From Eledone cirrhosa (lineage: Eukaryota): a DNA stretch of 64,000 nt. Location: positions 22,196,001-22,260,000 of the forward strand of contig OZ024759.1 of assembly GCA_964016885.1 (NCBI GenBank). The letters are read 5' to 3'. Each line of letters opens with the position of its first letter. Position 1 is the stretch's first letter. Made by a program: the position numbers and the translations under genes. Below, one piece after another: positions 26,886 through 41,184 of this stretch. The notes below the pieces were generated by a model that was not told where the DNA came from, did not search any database, and saw only the letters and a list, made by a program, of their open reading frames with translations.

Positions 26886-27064
26886 ATGAAGTTCGTTCAG
26901 TTCGAAAGAATACACAATGGTGATAAAAGGACTGCAGTTGGTGTGGAATTAGTGAATAATGGTAAAGTTATGCTAGTTGACCTAAACTTAGCTGACCCAA
27001 CCATTCCGATGGACATGCGGCCATTTCTGGACGATAGCCATAACAACTTGATTAAAACATTAAA
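26886..27064 (+). CDS. FAHD2A: Fumarylacetoacetate hydrolase domain-containing protein 2, coding exon 1
   Basis: MKFVQF...VGVEL...VDL...DPTIPMDMRPFL resembles the FAHD2 N-domain. Donor AA|gtaagt, phase 2. Confidence 0.88.
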
Positions 27065-28339
27065 GTAAGTTTTTCTTTCTTTCTTTCTTTGTTTCTTTCT
27101 CTCTTTCTCTCTTTCAAATTTATTGTTTTAATATGATGATGATTGTTTTTGATATAGGCACAAGGCCAGCAATTTTTTGTGTGCGGGGGTGGGTGGGTGA
27201 AAGTCAATTAGATCGACCCAGTGCATTACTGGTGCTTTATTTTATCGACCCTGTAAGGATGAAAGGCAAAGCTAACCTCGACGGGATTTGAACTCAGATG
27301 GTGCCACCATCACCACTGTCATTTTCCCCACCAACACCTCTAACACCATGACGACCACCATTGTCACTTCCACCGCCACTACCTTGACAACCACATTCAC
27401 CACCACAATCACCACTCTTACCAAATCATCATCACTGCCACCACCATCACCACTGCCAACACCACTCCTACCCCCATACAATTTCAACTTCACCCCCTCT
27501 ACCACCACCACACTCACCCTACCTTCTCTACCAACATCACCGCCATGACTGATATGAAGTTAATATTTGAAATTCTGTAATCAATTAATGAGCGAAGCAG
27601 ATGTGTTATCAAGCTGACCTACCTATAACTAATCATTTCGTCTACAGTCATTGAGCTAACTTAGGATAGATGACCTACTTCTTTTACTTCTTCCACCTAT
27701 TCCTGGGAGGGGTGTGGCTGGTGGGCACAGTCCTTTAACACTCCTTCCACAGGGTCCTGTCAGAAGCAAGGTCTCCAAATGATTTGGCTGGATCCTCAAG
27801 TGAGATCAGCTGAGCTCATGGCTGCTTACATATATATATTTTGAAATAATGGTTTCTTATATAAGCACAAGGCCAGCAATTTTGGGGGAGGGGAAAATCG
27901 CTTAAATCAACCCCAGTGTGTGACTGGTACTTTATTTTATCAACCCCGTAAGGATGAAAGGCAAAGTTAACATTAGTGGGATTTGAACTCAGAACACAAA
28001 GGGTCGTAACTCTATGCTATAAAGCATGATGTCCGACACTAATTTTTCTTCTTCACCCACTTATTCCTGGGAGGGTTGTGGGGATAGAGTCCTCAAACAC
28101 TCATTCCAGTGCATCCTGTCAGAAGCAACCATCTCCAATTGATTTGGCTGGATCAAAAAGTGAAACAAGTCGAACTCATGGATGTTATCCAACCATCTTT
28201 GTTCGGAGTCTGTCCCTGGGTCTCTTGCCAGTTAGATCTTCTTCGCTCATATATTCCTGAGAGGGTTGATGAGACAGATTCCTCAAACACTCCTTCCAAC
28301 AGGCCCTGAAAATGAGTACCAGCAGTAGCTGGAGGTTTA

Positions 28340-29022
28340 ACCTTGCAATGGACAGGCATCTTGTACTTTAAGTCCCTTAATGACACAGAAACCGGGCTAA
28401 GCACTGGCCTGATGATCTTCTGGGCTTGAGACAGACTTTGACCCTACAATGGACTGGTGCCCTGTCCTGGGGAATCATACTCTCAGTTACTGCACACTGC
28501 AGAAACTGGGATAAGCACTGGCATGATGATCCTCTGGGTTTAAAACAGACTTGGACCCTACAATGGACTGGTGTCTTGTCCAGGGGGAGTCTTGTATTCT
28601 GAGTTGCTTCTCACCACATAAACCGAGAATAGGCACTGACCAGATGAGCCCCAGGGCTTGAGCCAGACTTTAACCCTGCGATGGTCTGGTGTCATGTTCA
28701 GGGGTAAGTCCTGTAGTCTCAGTCACTTCACTTCACAGAGACCATATAAACACCAGCTTGATGAGCCACAGGGCTTGAGCCAGACTTTAACCCTGTGATG
28801 GTCTGGTGTCATGTTCAGAGGTAAGTCCTGTAGTCTCAGTCGCTTCATTTCACAGAGACCATATAAACACCAGCTTGATGAGCCACAGGGCTTGAAACAG
28901 ACTTTAAACCTATGATGGACTGGTGTCCTGTTCAGGGAGGAGTCTTGTATTCTGTTGATTCATACCACAAAAACTGAGAATAGCAGTGACCTGATGAGCC
29001 ACAGGGCTTGAGCCAGACTTTA
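28340..29022. repeat. Diverged about 117-bp tandem repeat, 6 copies, SINE-body-like
   Basis: ccct(g/a)c(a/g)atggactggtgtcctgtccagggg...cagactt recurs at about 28341, 28442, 28556, 28673, 28791 and 28908. Confidence 0.85.
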
Positions 29023-30384
29023 GACTTTTAGAAAGATCAGTACCTGATAGCTAAAGAAAAGTTAGATACTAGGTATATATAGTGTGGATTAGTGGTTAGA
29101 TAGCTGGATTCACAACCAAGAGGTTGAGAGTTCAATTCCTGGACCAGGTGGTGTGTTATATCTTTGAGCAAGACAGTTATTTCACGTTGCTCTTTGTATT
29201 AAGAGCTATGACTGGTAGATAGTGTCAGCAATAGAAAGATCAATGGAAACATTTTTTCCTTGGTCTGATTTAATGAGATCCACTCCAGTCGGTAAGCAAA
29301 TGAGGGATCTTGTCTATCAATATATAACATATAAAGAAGCTGAAAGCAGGAGCTTTGCCAATCCCTTGTTACATGGGGATCAAGCTTGTAAGGTTTTTCA
29401 CATTGTAAAACAATGTGTCTGAGAAAACCAGGGTGTTGTTGTGGAAAAGTCTATTTAAAATGACAGAGGTGCACTTAGCATCACCGATGCTCAATAGATA
29501 CTCAAAAGAGGCCTGGAAAAATGCTATAATGAGAGGTTAATGATGAATGTAGAGAATAGGTTTAGAAAATAGTGGTGTCCCAGCATGGCCTCAGCCTGTC
29601 GACTGGAACGCATAAAAGAGTAAAGAAATAAGTAGAAGGAAGAGAGACTACCTCCAACTGACCTAACAGAGGGACCAGCCATCAAAATTGGCAGTTACAG
29701 GGTTAAAGAAACAATTTCAATTCCAATCCAGGGCCATCTCACTCCTGATGGAGGAACCCCTTCCATTGCTTTCTGATTGGTTTTGATCCTGTCTTCAGGG
29801 ATGTATCTATACACACCACACTTGGACAATTGCATAATGGTGGTGGTGATGATGATTATGATGAGTTTTACATATTTTCTGATATATACATGGGTAGGCC
29901 TTAAGTCACTCTGATATATACAGGGTAGGCCTTAAGTCAGTCACCAAAAGCATCAGCTGTTGTGCAAAATGTCAACCATTGGACTCAATCAGTACTTTAA
30001 AACCACAAATGATAGGATAATGAAAATGATACCTTTGTTATTTTAAAATAAATTTTGTTATCAATACAATACAATATATATGTATACTAAATTGTTTTTA
30101 ATGCTTTGGTGCATAACTTATGGCCAATTCTATATATTAACCCTTTAGCATTTAAACTGGCCATATCCGGCCAGAATGCTCTCAACCCTTTCTGTTCAAA
30201 TCAGCCATAACTGGCCACTCATACTGATGTTAAGTTATTGTTCTCAAAATTGATAACATCAAAATCCTATAGATTCAACATTATGTGAGATAATTATGGG
30301 AGGTAAAGCCTTTACTTCAAAAATACAATAGTATATATAGAGTAATGTAGATGTGAAAGGGTTAAAAGTACATACTGTTGTATA

Positions 30385-30950
30385 TACCGTATATGCTGGT
30401 GTACAAGTCGACATTTGGAGCCTAAAAATATCTCTACAAAACCAGGGGTCGACTTGTACGCCGAATATAAAATTTGAACCTTTACTACTGAAGGGTAAAC
30501 AGTGAAACTGCCTGCCTAACACTTGTTGTACACCACTTTCCATAACTCTAACAGCCCACCACAATTATTTCCTACTGAATTTCATATTTGTTATGTCTGT
30601 TTAACATAGAGATTATAATAATATAATGACATGCCATAGCTCATAGGGTGGGTTACCATAGGTTCATCAAGATTAGGCTAGGCTGGTTTACTCAGTGAGT
30701 TGTAAAATTTTACACATTGCATTTTCTTCACATGCATTTTTATTTTACAACTATTTAGTGTTTATTTCCATGTTTTATATTTTGTGCAAATAAAGAATGG
30801 CAAGTGCATCTAGGGCTGGGGAGATGGTACTGCCTTATTTTTGGGAGGGTTGTCTTATCCAGCGAATATAAGCCTAAACCTGAATTACACCTCAGAATTT
30901 TAGGGGTCAACCTATGTGCCAGATCGACTTGTATGCTGGCATATACGGTA
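30385..30950. mobile_element. Tc1/mariner-type MITE; similar element at about 13830-14032
   Basis: TA|ccgtatatgctggtgtacaagtcgac ... tcgacttgtatgctggcatatacgg|TA. Confidence 0.7.
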
Positions 30951-31017
30951 GTCTGTATTTGTTTTTTGTTATTTTTCATTTTTTTTTTAAGTTCATTTAA
31001 ATATTCCATTTAAATAG

Positions 31018-31234
31018 GGTCGTTGAAAATCTGAAATGTCTGGTTGCAAAGAAAGATGTTAAGATATTGTCACCTATTACAAACCCTGATAAGTTAATAT
31101 GTGTTGGTATGAACTACAAGGACCACTGTGAGGAAATGAATATGGCACTCCCTGCAGAACCTGTCATCTTCAGCAAGTTTTCCAGCTGTATTGTGGGTCC
31201 TAACGACAATGTTATATACCCTAAAGAAACAACA
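31018..31234 (+). CDS. FAHD2A: FAHD2A exon 2
   Basis: tag| ... |gtaaat. Encodes LSPITNPDKLICVGMNYKDHCEE...PAEPVIFSKFSSCIVGP. Confidence 0.95.
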
Positions 31235-32126
31235 GTAAATATATAAATATATTATTCTTTTACTCTTATAGATGTTGTTTGTATATAAGGTTTAGCCTAA
31301 ACCATATAAATTTATTGAGGGATGGATAGATGGATGGTCCCGTAACTCCTGTGAAGTCAAAGGAGCACCTAGTGGCATACAGCGTTTCCAGGGCTTTGTT
31401 TTAAAACCTTGGCAGAGCCCATCTCCTTTCCAGGTCTGAATGCAGCAGATTTCTTCCAGAGAAAGATACAGAATGAGAGAATGGAAATGAAAAAGAGATA
31501 CACTGGAAGAATCAACCCCCTGGTATTAGACTGGTACTCTATTTTAGCAACCTTGAATGGATGAAATGCAAACTTGAGCTTGGTTGGATTTAAACTTGGA
31601 GAGCAGAGAGCTGAAACAAATACCACAAAGTTTTCTATCTGACTTTCTAACAACTCTATTATAAATGGTTTAATCCTTTGGTATTTAAACCTGCTGTATC
31701 CGGCCAGAATTCTCTCACCACTTTCTGTTCAAACCGGCTGTAATTGGCCACTCATACTGATGTTAAGGTATTGTTCTCAAAATAAATGATATCAAAATTT
31801 CATAGATTTGATATTATGTGTGATAAAGCCTTTACCATGAAAATATAATAGTAAATATAGAGTAATGTAAATGTTAAAGTGTTAATGATCCAGTCACCAT
31901 AGTGTTTCTCAGCCATGATAATCTTTTTTCATTTCACTTTCTGATGATAGCTTATCTGACTTTACTAGAAAGTGCGCCGAGACAAAGTGGCGCACCCTTT
32001 TCAAGTGTCACCCATGGCATGTGCCATACTTGCCTTACATTAGCTATGCCTAAACCGTTCAGGTAGTGTGTATATAATGTTTTGGTGGTGTATATGATGT
32101 TTATATATATATAATGTGTGTGTGGG

Positions 32127-32157
<31 letters not shown>

Positions 32158-32507
32158 GTGTGTGTGGGGTGTGTATATATATAATGTGAGTGTGGGGTGT
32201 ATATATATATATATAATGTGTGTTTATCATTTTATCATTTGTATCAATGTCAAGTGAATTATTTTTTAAACTTTTAGTTGAATATTTTCAGAGATAACAT
32301 TATGATGATAAGATAAGAAACTTTAAAAAAGATATGTAAAACAATGGAAGGAATAACTCCTATATCTTAAAGATCAAAGGTCAGAGAAAAGTTTATTAGA
32401 ATGTCTAGGGCAAACAGTCATTCGAATAAATCTGACTGCTATACTTTTCTTTTCCTTTTCTTTCTAACATGTTTACATGAAAATCTGTAAAGTAATGCAT
32501 ACATATG

Positions 32508-32562
<55 letters not shown>

Positions 32563-32590
32563 CGCACACACACACACACACACATATATA

Positions 32591-32638
<48 letters not shown>

Positions 32639-32739
32639 TAGCTATATAGAGGCAGACATACATATATATATATACATTCATTCATACATACAGATAGACC
32701 CAACAATAAACATATTAAAAGTTACACCAATATGGAAGA

Positions 32740-33135
32740 CATACACATACTTTATATGAAAGAGTACTGGTGGACTGTTCCAGTAAAAAACCCAATAAAA
32801 TGCAAGCATAATAGACCAGATATAATGATATGGGACAGAGAAAGAAGGCATGCACAGTAGTGGAAGTTAGCTGCCCACCGGATGCCAATATAATATTAAA
32901 GATTAGCGAAAAGGAGAATATTTATGCAGAACAAATGAGAAATCTGCCGATACTCTACCCTGACTATACCTTCAGATTTATACCTGTGATTATTGGGGCA
33001 CTGGGATATGTTAGTAACTGCCTCGGTACAAATCTTGAGAGGCTGGGCTTCAAAGAAGCAGAAAGAACACAACTAGTTAGCAAATTACAAGTACAATCCA
33101 TTAATGGAACAGTAAAAATATATATAACATTCTAA
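32740..33135 (+). mobile_element. RLE-type non-LTR retrotransposon 3' fragment (R4/Dong-like); other RLE tails at about 7615-7750 and 8245-8335
   Basis: KHNRPDIMIWD (frameshifted)...VVEVSCP...EKENIY...FIPVIIGALG restriction-like endonuclease motifs. Confidence 0.75.
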
Positions 33136-34102
33136 TAACTGCATGTACACATGAACACATACAAAGCATATGCACATGCACACATATAACTCAAAACATC
33201 CACATGCACACATACAATAACATCCATACCTGCACACACACACATGCAGACATGCATACATATCTACCTAGTTGATGTTGTTTAAATTCCAATGAGAGAG
33301 TCTTGTGTCTATGTTAGAAACCAACTCTCTCTATTGGTAAACATTTATAAAATTATAAAACCAGAAGAACTTACATACACACATACATAGCTGTATACAT
33401 ACATAGATGTATACTGAGGCAGACACACATACATATACATTCACACATACATACATACATACATAGATGTATACAGAGGGAGACACTCACACACTCATAT
33501 ATGTATACGGAGGGATCCCAATCGTTGCTGCTGCTGCTACTTCTTCTTCTCCTTCTCCTCCACCCCCTCCTCTTCTTCTTCGCCCACTTATTCCTAGAGT
33601 CTCCAAACACTCCTTCCAGCGGGTCATGTCAGAAGCAACCGTCTCCAACTGATCCAGCTGGACTCCCAAGCGAGACCAGCCAAGCTCATGGATGTTATCC
33701 AACCAACTTGCTCGGGGTCTACCCCTGAGGAAGGAGGACCCCCCCAGGTGGCATGGCTGTTGCAGGTGGTGGCATTTGCCATTATCTGCAGCAATGCCTT
33801 TGCCATTTTGTCTGCAGAGCACAGCTGAAACATCACACTGGCTCAGGTGTAGAGTCTGTCACCCTCTGTCCTTCCCCCTTCTTTCTTTCATTGCTTAACA
33901 ATCCTCTCCCTTTCCCATCCCTTTCCTCTCATTTAAGCACCCAATGTCAGCTGAGAATACTGGAGCAATATGAAATTGAACCCATGACATTTTGATCATA
34001 AATCCAACACCCTTACCACTAGGCCACACACCTTCTTGTCCATTTACTTGAACTTACACTCACTATTTTGTGCAATTTTTATTTTTTCTATTTGAATTCC
34101 AG

Positions 34103-34162
34103 CAACTTGATTGGGAAGTAGAACTGGCTATAATAGTTGGTAAAGAAGGCAAAGATATACCT
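34103..34162 (+). CDS. FAHD2A: FAHD2A exon 3
   Basis: ccag| ... |gtaagt. QLDWEVELAIIVGKEGKDIP contains the metal-binding E-x-E. Confidence 0.95.
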
Positions 34163-34545
34163 GTAAGTATCCGAGTTTATTAATTCAGTCACAGACGAAT
34201 CAGGTAGAGAGAAGACTGTGCTGGCATCGACGTGTGATTTTTATGGATGGTGATTGTGGGATGAAGAACTGGGTATAAGAGGAATCAGATGTAGTGTGCT
34301 AGAGAGACAGCTATGCTATTATCGACATGTGGTGTGTATGGATGAGCTAAGAGAAAAACAAAATAGATATAAGAGGAATCAGGAATCAGATGTAGTGTGC
34401 TAGAGAGAAGACTGCTGGTATGGACGGGAGATGTGGATGGATGACAATTTTTGGGTGAAAAAACAGGTGTAAAATAATGATGATGGTTACTGAAGATGAC
34501 ATTTATTCTCTCATTTCATGTGTTTAAAATAATGCATAATCTAAG

Positions 34546-34602
<57 letters not shown>

Positions 34603-34712
34603 AATATTTATATACATATGATGGCTGCAACTCAAAGTAATGCCATTGCTTGATACTTAAGCATGAGCTTGGTATTTTTAGTCCATATATATATATACAT
34701 ATATATATATAC

Positions 34713-34765
<53 letters not shown>

Positions 34766-35254
34766 CATATATATATACATATATATACATATATATATAT
34801 ACATATATACATACATATATATACACATATATATATATACATATATACATATATATATATACATATATATATATACATATATATATTCATATATATATAC
34901 ATATATATATATATACATATATATATATACATATATATATATTCATATATATATATATACATATATATATACATATATATATCCACACTGTAAACGTGGT
35001 TGGTGTTAAGAAGGGATGGATAGCCGTAGAAAACCCGCCAGGCAGTCCTATACGAGCAAGACAACCAATCTTGCCTCAAGTGGGAAAATTTCCGTCCAAA
35101 CCCATGCTAGAGTGGAAGATGTATACATATATATATATACATATATATATATATACATATATATATACATACATATATATATATATATACATAAACACAC
35201 ACACACACACATATATACATATATATACATAAACACACACACACACATATACAC

Positions 35255-35287
<33 letters not shown>

Positions 35288-35544
35288 CATATATATATAT
35301 ACATAAATACACACACACGCATACATATATATATACATAAATACACACACACACATATATATATATACATAAATACACACACACATATATATATATATAG
35401 ATAAATACACACACACACATATATATATATATATAGATAAATACACACACACACATATATATATATATTTATTAAAATAACAGATTAAAGTTTAAGCAAA
35501 GAATCGAGCCCTCTTTGGATTTTAGTATTCAAATTTATTATTAT

Positions 35545-35611
<67 letters not shown>

Positions 35612-35648
35612 AATACACACACACATATATATATATATATAAATAAAT

Positions 35649-35779
<131 letters not shown>

Positions 35780-35976
35780 CACACACATATATATATATAT
35801 ATACATAAATACACACATATATATATATATATATACATAAATACACACACACATATATATATACATACACACACACATATATATATATATATACATAAAT
35901 ACACACACACATATATATATATACATAAATACACACACATATATACATATATATATATATATACATATACATAAAT

Positions 35977-36008
<32 letters not shown>

Positions 36009-36382
36009 TCATTTCATTTTACATCCACATTTCCCTGCTTGCAAGGGTGGGACAGGAACTGATTCTGGCTTGATTTCTACAGCTGGATACCCTTCCTAAC
36101 ACCAACCTCATTTACAGTGAGTGCTGGGTGCTTTTTTGCCGTGGCACCTCCACGACCACTTTGCAGTAGAATGATAGGGACCCCAGTCCCTATCATCTCA
36201 TTTCTACAGCTGAGTAAACTGGAGCAATGTGAAATAAAGTGTCTTGCTCAAGGAAACAACACATCACCCGGTCTGAGAATTGAACTCACAACCTTTCGAT
36301 TGCAAGGCCAATGCTCTAACCACTAAGCCATGTGCCTCCATATATATATATATACATAAATACACACACACACACATATATG

Positions 36383-36418
<36 letters not shown>

Positions 36419-37627
36419 AATACACACACATCATCATCATCATCATCATCAGGTTTAGCGTCCGTGTTCCACGCTTGCATGGGTTTGGACGGGGGTTTTC
36501 CCACTTGAGGCAAGAGTGGTTGTCTTGCTCGCATAGGACTGTCTGGCGGGTTTTCTACAGTTGGATGCCCTTCCTAACACCAACCACATTTACAGTGTGG
36601 GGCTGGGAGGTTTTTACCGTGTTGCCTACACGGCCACATTACAGCGTGGACTGTGTATATATATATATACATAAATACACACACACACATATATATAGAT
36701 AAATACACACACACATATATATATATACATAAATTGTTAACCATGTTGCCAACAACAACCCTGAGTACCTTTTTGATTTCCATGTGTCTAACACACGTGG
36801 ACATGCCCACAAAGTAAGAAAACAGCACAATTCCCATGACTTTCGGAAACATTTTTTCACGCTCAGAGTTGCTGAAGCATGGAACAAACTACCTGCATCA
36901 GTTGTTAGCTGTCGAGACACTGCATCCTTTAAGGCCTCCATGCTTCCCGAGATCCGCCAATACTACAGCTAACACATACACACATGTACTTCCCTGACAT
37001 TTGTGTATTATTCTATGTACTATATTGACGAGTTGTAGTGCACCTGACCACTTTACACAATAATTTCATTATTATATATATATATACATAAATACACACA
37101 CACACACACATATATATATATACATAATAAATACACACACACACATATATATATATACACACACATATATATATATACACACATATATATATGTGTGTGT
37201 ATATATATATATATGTGTATATATACACACATATATATATATATATGTGTGTATATATATATGTGTATATATACACATATATAAACATATATATATATAT
37301 ATACACACATATATATATACACACACATATATATATATCTATATGTTTTGTCTAGGGTATCACATAATCTATTCAGTAGGACTGAACAGAACGCTATGCC
37401 AGAGATTGATAGTAGCATGATCCCTCACCAGTTGCTACAGTTGCTAAGGTCTCCCGTCTTTGGTGTCCTGACAATCATTCCTTTTCTCCAATCTTATGGC
37501 ATAACTTCTGATTCCTAGACCATGGTGAAGAAGTAGGTACAGGGTTGGATTTAGACATTTGGGGGCTCATAGCACTCTGATAAAATACTTGATTTATTAA
37601 TATAGTTGCTGTTTAAATTTGTTTCAG

Positions 37628-37790
37628 CTGCAAGAAGCAATGTCTCATGTTTTTGGCTATACTGTTGCATATGATGTCAGTGCTCGAGACTGGCAATTAC
37701 ACAAAAATGGACGACAATGGCTTCTGGGAAAATCCATGGATACATTTTGTCCTTTGGGTCCTTGCATTGTTATGAAGGAGGATATTGCTG
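37628..37790 (+). CDS. FAHD2A: FAHD2A exon 4
   Basis: ttcag| ... G|gtaaat. [42 protein letters not shown]. Confidence 0.95.
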
Positions 37791-40700
37791 GTAAATAATA
37801 ATAATAATTTCTGATTTAGGTACAAGGCCAAGAATGTTGGGGTAAGGGGAAGTTGATTAAATCGACCCCCATATGTTACTGGAATTTTATTTTACTGACA
37901 CCCATAAGGATGAAAGGCAAAGCTAACGTCGGTGGGATTTGAACTCAGAACGTAAAGGGAAGTAACTCTATGCCACAAAGCATGGTGTTTGACGCTCTAC
38001 CAATTCTGCCAATTCACGATAATAATAATTGTTTCTACTGTTAGCACAAGGTCAGCAATTGTCCCAGTGCTTTTCTGGTACTTTATTTTATCAACCCCGG
38101 AAGGATAAAAGGCAAAGTCAACCTCGGTGGGATTTGAACTCAGAACATAGAGGGCCATAGCTCTTTGCTACAAAGCATGGTGTCTAACACGCTACCGATA
38201 CTGCCAAATAATTTAGGCACAAGGCCAACAGTTTGGGGAAAAGGGGAAAGTCGATTAAATTGCTCCTCCACTTGCGTTACTGGTACTTTATTTTATCAAC
38301 CCCATAAGGATGAAAGGCAAAGTAAACCTTGGCGGAATTTGAATTCAGAATGTGACTCCGTGCCACAGAGAATATTGTCTGATGCTCTACCAACAAAGTA
38401 TGTTGTCCGACGCTCTAGATAATAATAATGGTTTCTTATATAGGCACAAGGCCAGCAATAACCCAGTGTATTACTGGTACTTTATTTTATCGACCCCGTA
38501 AGGATGAAAGGCAAAGTTAACCTCGGCGGGATTTAATAATAATAATAGTTATTATTTCTATAAGCTGTGAATTGACAGTCGTTAGAACGTCAGATCGAAT
38601 ATTTTATGGTATTTGTTTCGGCTATTTACACTCTCAGTTCACATCCACCGAGTTCAACTTTGCCTCTCATCCTTTTGAAGTCGATTAAAAATGTACCAAT
38701 CAAATACTGGGGTCAGTTTTTCCTCTATATCACTTTCTCACTTCCATTCTCTCACTCTTTCTATCCTTCTATGGAAAAAATCTGCTGTATTCAGACATGG
38801 AGAAAGATCGGCTTCAACCAGGTTATTTTTTTAAATGCCCAAGAAACGCTATGTCACAATGGCACCCCTACATCTCCCTCAAGAGTTATAGGACCACACC
38901 ATACAATACCATATATCTCTTTCTCATTTTCTTTCTCTCACTCTCTCTCTATCCTTCTCTGGAAAAAAAATCTGCTGTATTCAGAGAAGAGATGGGCTTT
39001 GCCATGTCTTTTGTTTTTTTTGAAAGATGCCCTTGAAGCGCCATATCAGTACTGGGCCTCTACGACTCCTTCAGGGATGGGTTCCGCCAGATTTTAAAAG
39101 AAAACAATACTCTAGAAACGCTGTGTGTCAATATGGGGTCCCTAAGATTCCATCAGGAATTATGGGACCATGCATATAAGTATATGTGTATGTATTTGTG
39201 TTTTTATGTGTGCTAATTACATTTTTCAGGGAAGATAACTCTATTATGTCTTAAATGAAATAGTTTGATGAGAGTGGTTTCCCTTGCATATTTTTAAAAT
39301 GTTTATTAACATGAATATTAATACAGGTTAGTGATCGCGACACTGTTTTCCCATAACCTTCTAAATAAATATTTCTATCTACCTTTGGCACAAGGCCAGC
39401 AATGAAATGAAATGGTGGAGGGGAGGAAGGGGTAGTCAATTGAATCGACTTCAGAGTGTTACTGGTACATTATTTTATCGACGCCTGATAGGATGAAAGG
39501 CAAAGCTAATTTCGGCGGGATTTGAACTCAGAACTTAAAATAACGTAACTATATGCCTCAAAGCATGTTGTCAGACGCTCTACCGATTACTGCTGAGAGA
39601 TACGAATAATTGTAATCATGGTTTTCTTTATTATTATTACTACTTATTTGTTATTTTCTCAAAGTTATTTCGTCACACATTCTGTGACTTCCTCAATGAC
39701 TATTTGTTCTTCCTTGTGTCTCATCTTCTTTCTGGCGTTATTCATTTAGGAGTAAACAGAATAATACCAGGTACAAAGAAGAAGAAATAGTAATTGAAGA
39801 CGTCACAGAATGTGTGACAAATGACTTTTGATAAAATAGCCAGGAACTTCTCTTCTTTTACCTACTTATTCCTGAAAGGGTTGTGGAGGCAGAGTCCTCA
39901 AACACTCCTTCCAGCAGGTCCTGTCAGAACCAACCATCTCCAACTGATCTGGCTGAACCCCCTAAGCGAGACCAGCCAAGCTCATAGATGTTATCCAAAT
40001 ATGTTGCTAACGGTCTACCCATGGGTCTCCTGCCAGGTGGTTTTGCCCATAAAATCTGTCCATCAATTCTTTCCTGAGACATTCTAATCACATGCCCATA
40101 GTAACGGAGATGTAATCTCTCAATTCAGAGAAGTAGCAGCTCTACATGGAGTGACTCAGATCTCCGAGCTACACACTGCATCGAGTAATGTTATTCCATA
40201 CCCTCCAGAGGAAGCCCATTTCGAGGAACTGATAAGTAATTGTGTTCATCAAGCTGAAGTTTAACCTTTAAATATATATATATATATATGTATATCATCA
40301 TCATCATCATCATCAACGTTTAACGTCCGTGTTCCACGCTTGCATGGGTTTGGACGGGGGTTTTCCCACTTGAGGCAAGAGTGATTGTCTTGCTCGCATA
40401 GGACTGTCTGGCAGGTTTTCTACAGTTGGATGCCCTTCCTAACACCAACCACATTTACAGTGTGGGTCTGGGAGGTTTTTACCGTGTTGCCTACACGGCC
40501 ACATTACAGCGTGGACTGTGTGTTTTTTGTCGTGACACCTACACGATATATATTTATATTATTTAGTAACATGCAAGTCACGCACGGTCAAGATCATCCC
40601 TAAATATAACCATATTATGGGCTCTTCCAGCGAGTCTCCCTCACCATCCTCCAGGTTAACGCCTTCTCCATTCTGTCTGCCAGGGTGGCCAGTGCTTGAG

Positions 40701-41075
40701 GCCCCTATTTGCTCATAATAGTAAGAGATGGGAAGAGCTGGAGAGACGGTGACAGTGGGAGTTTGGTTCCTTTGTGTTTGGCCCTGGTGAATATGTATAT
40801 ATTTATTTACTGCACCAAATGTTACATACATATTCAGATAATAAGAACAACTACAACAGTAGCAACATCACCACCACCATCTCTTATAATGTGGAAAGTG
40901 GTGTATGTAAGGCTAAAGCAATGCAAAATTGATGGTAAGATGAAGGCAACGAAAAGATAGTTACCTGATAATCTTTTTTTTTTTTTTTTCGCTCTAATAT
41001 TTTGGGACTTAAAATTGCCTTTGTTAGAGTATAAGGAACTCTGAGAAAACCGTTCCTGTCTATTTTTTTCTTCAG

Positions 41076-41184
41076 ATGTTGGAAATCTTGGAATTCGATG
41101 TCGAGTGAATGGTGTAACCAAACAAGATAGCACTACTGCAATGCTTGTACATGGTGTCGAGAAACTTATAGTCTTTATATCCCG
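41076..41184 (+). CDS. FAHD2A: FAHD2A exon 5
   Basis: ttcag| ... CG|gtgggt. DVGNLGIRCRVNGVTKQDSTTAMLVHGVEKLIVFISR, phases consistent with both neighbours. Confidence 0.92.

Noticed and set aside
28860-29020. ctgatgagccacagggcttgaaac / ...gagcc in the 117-bp repeat as a hammerhead
   Set aside because: No single unit has both CUGAUGA and a correctly spaced GAAA with stems I and III. It is better explained as SINE body.
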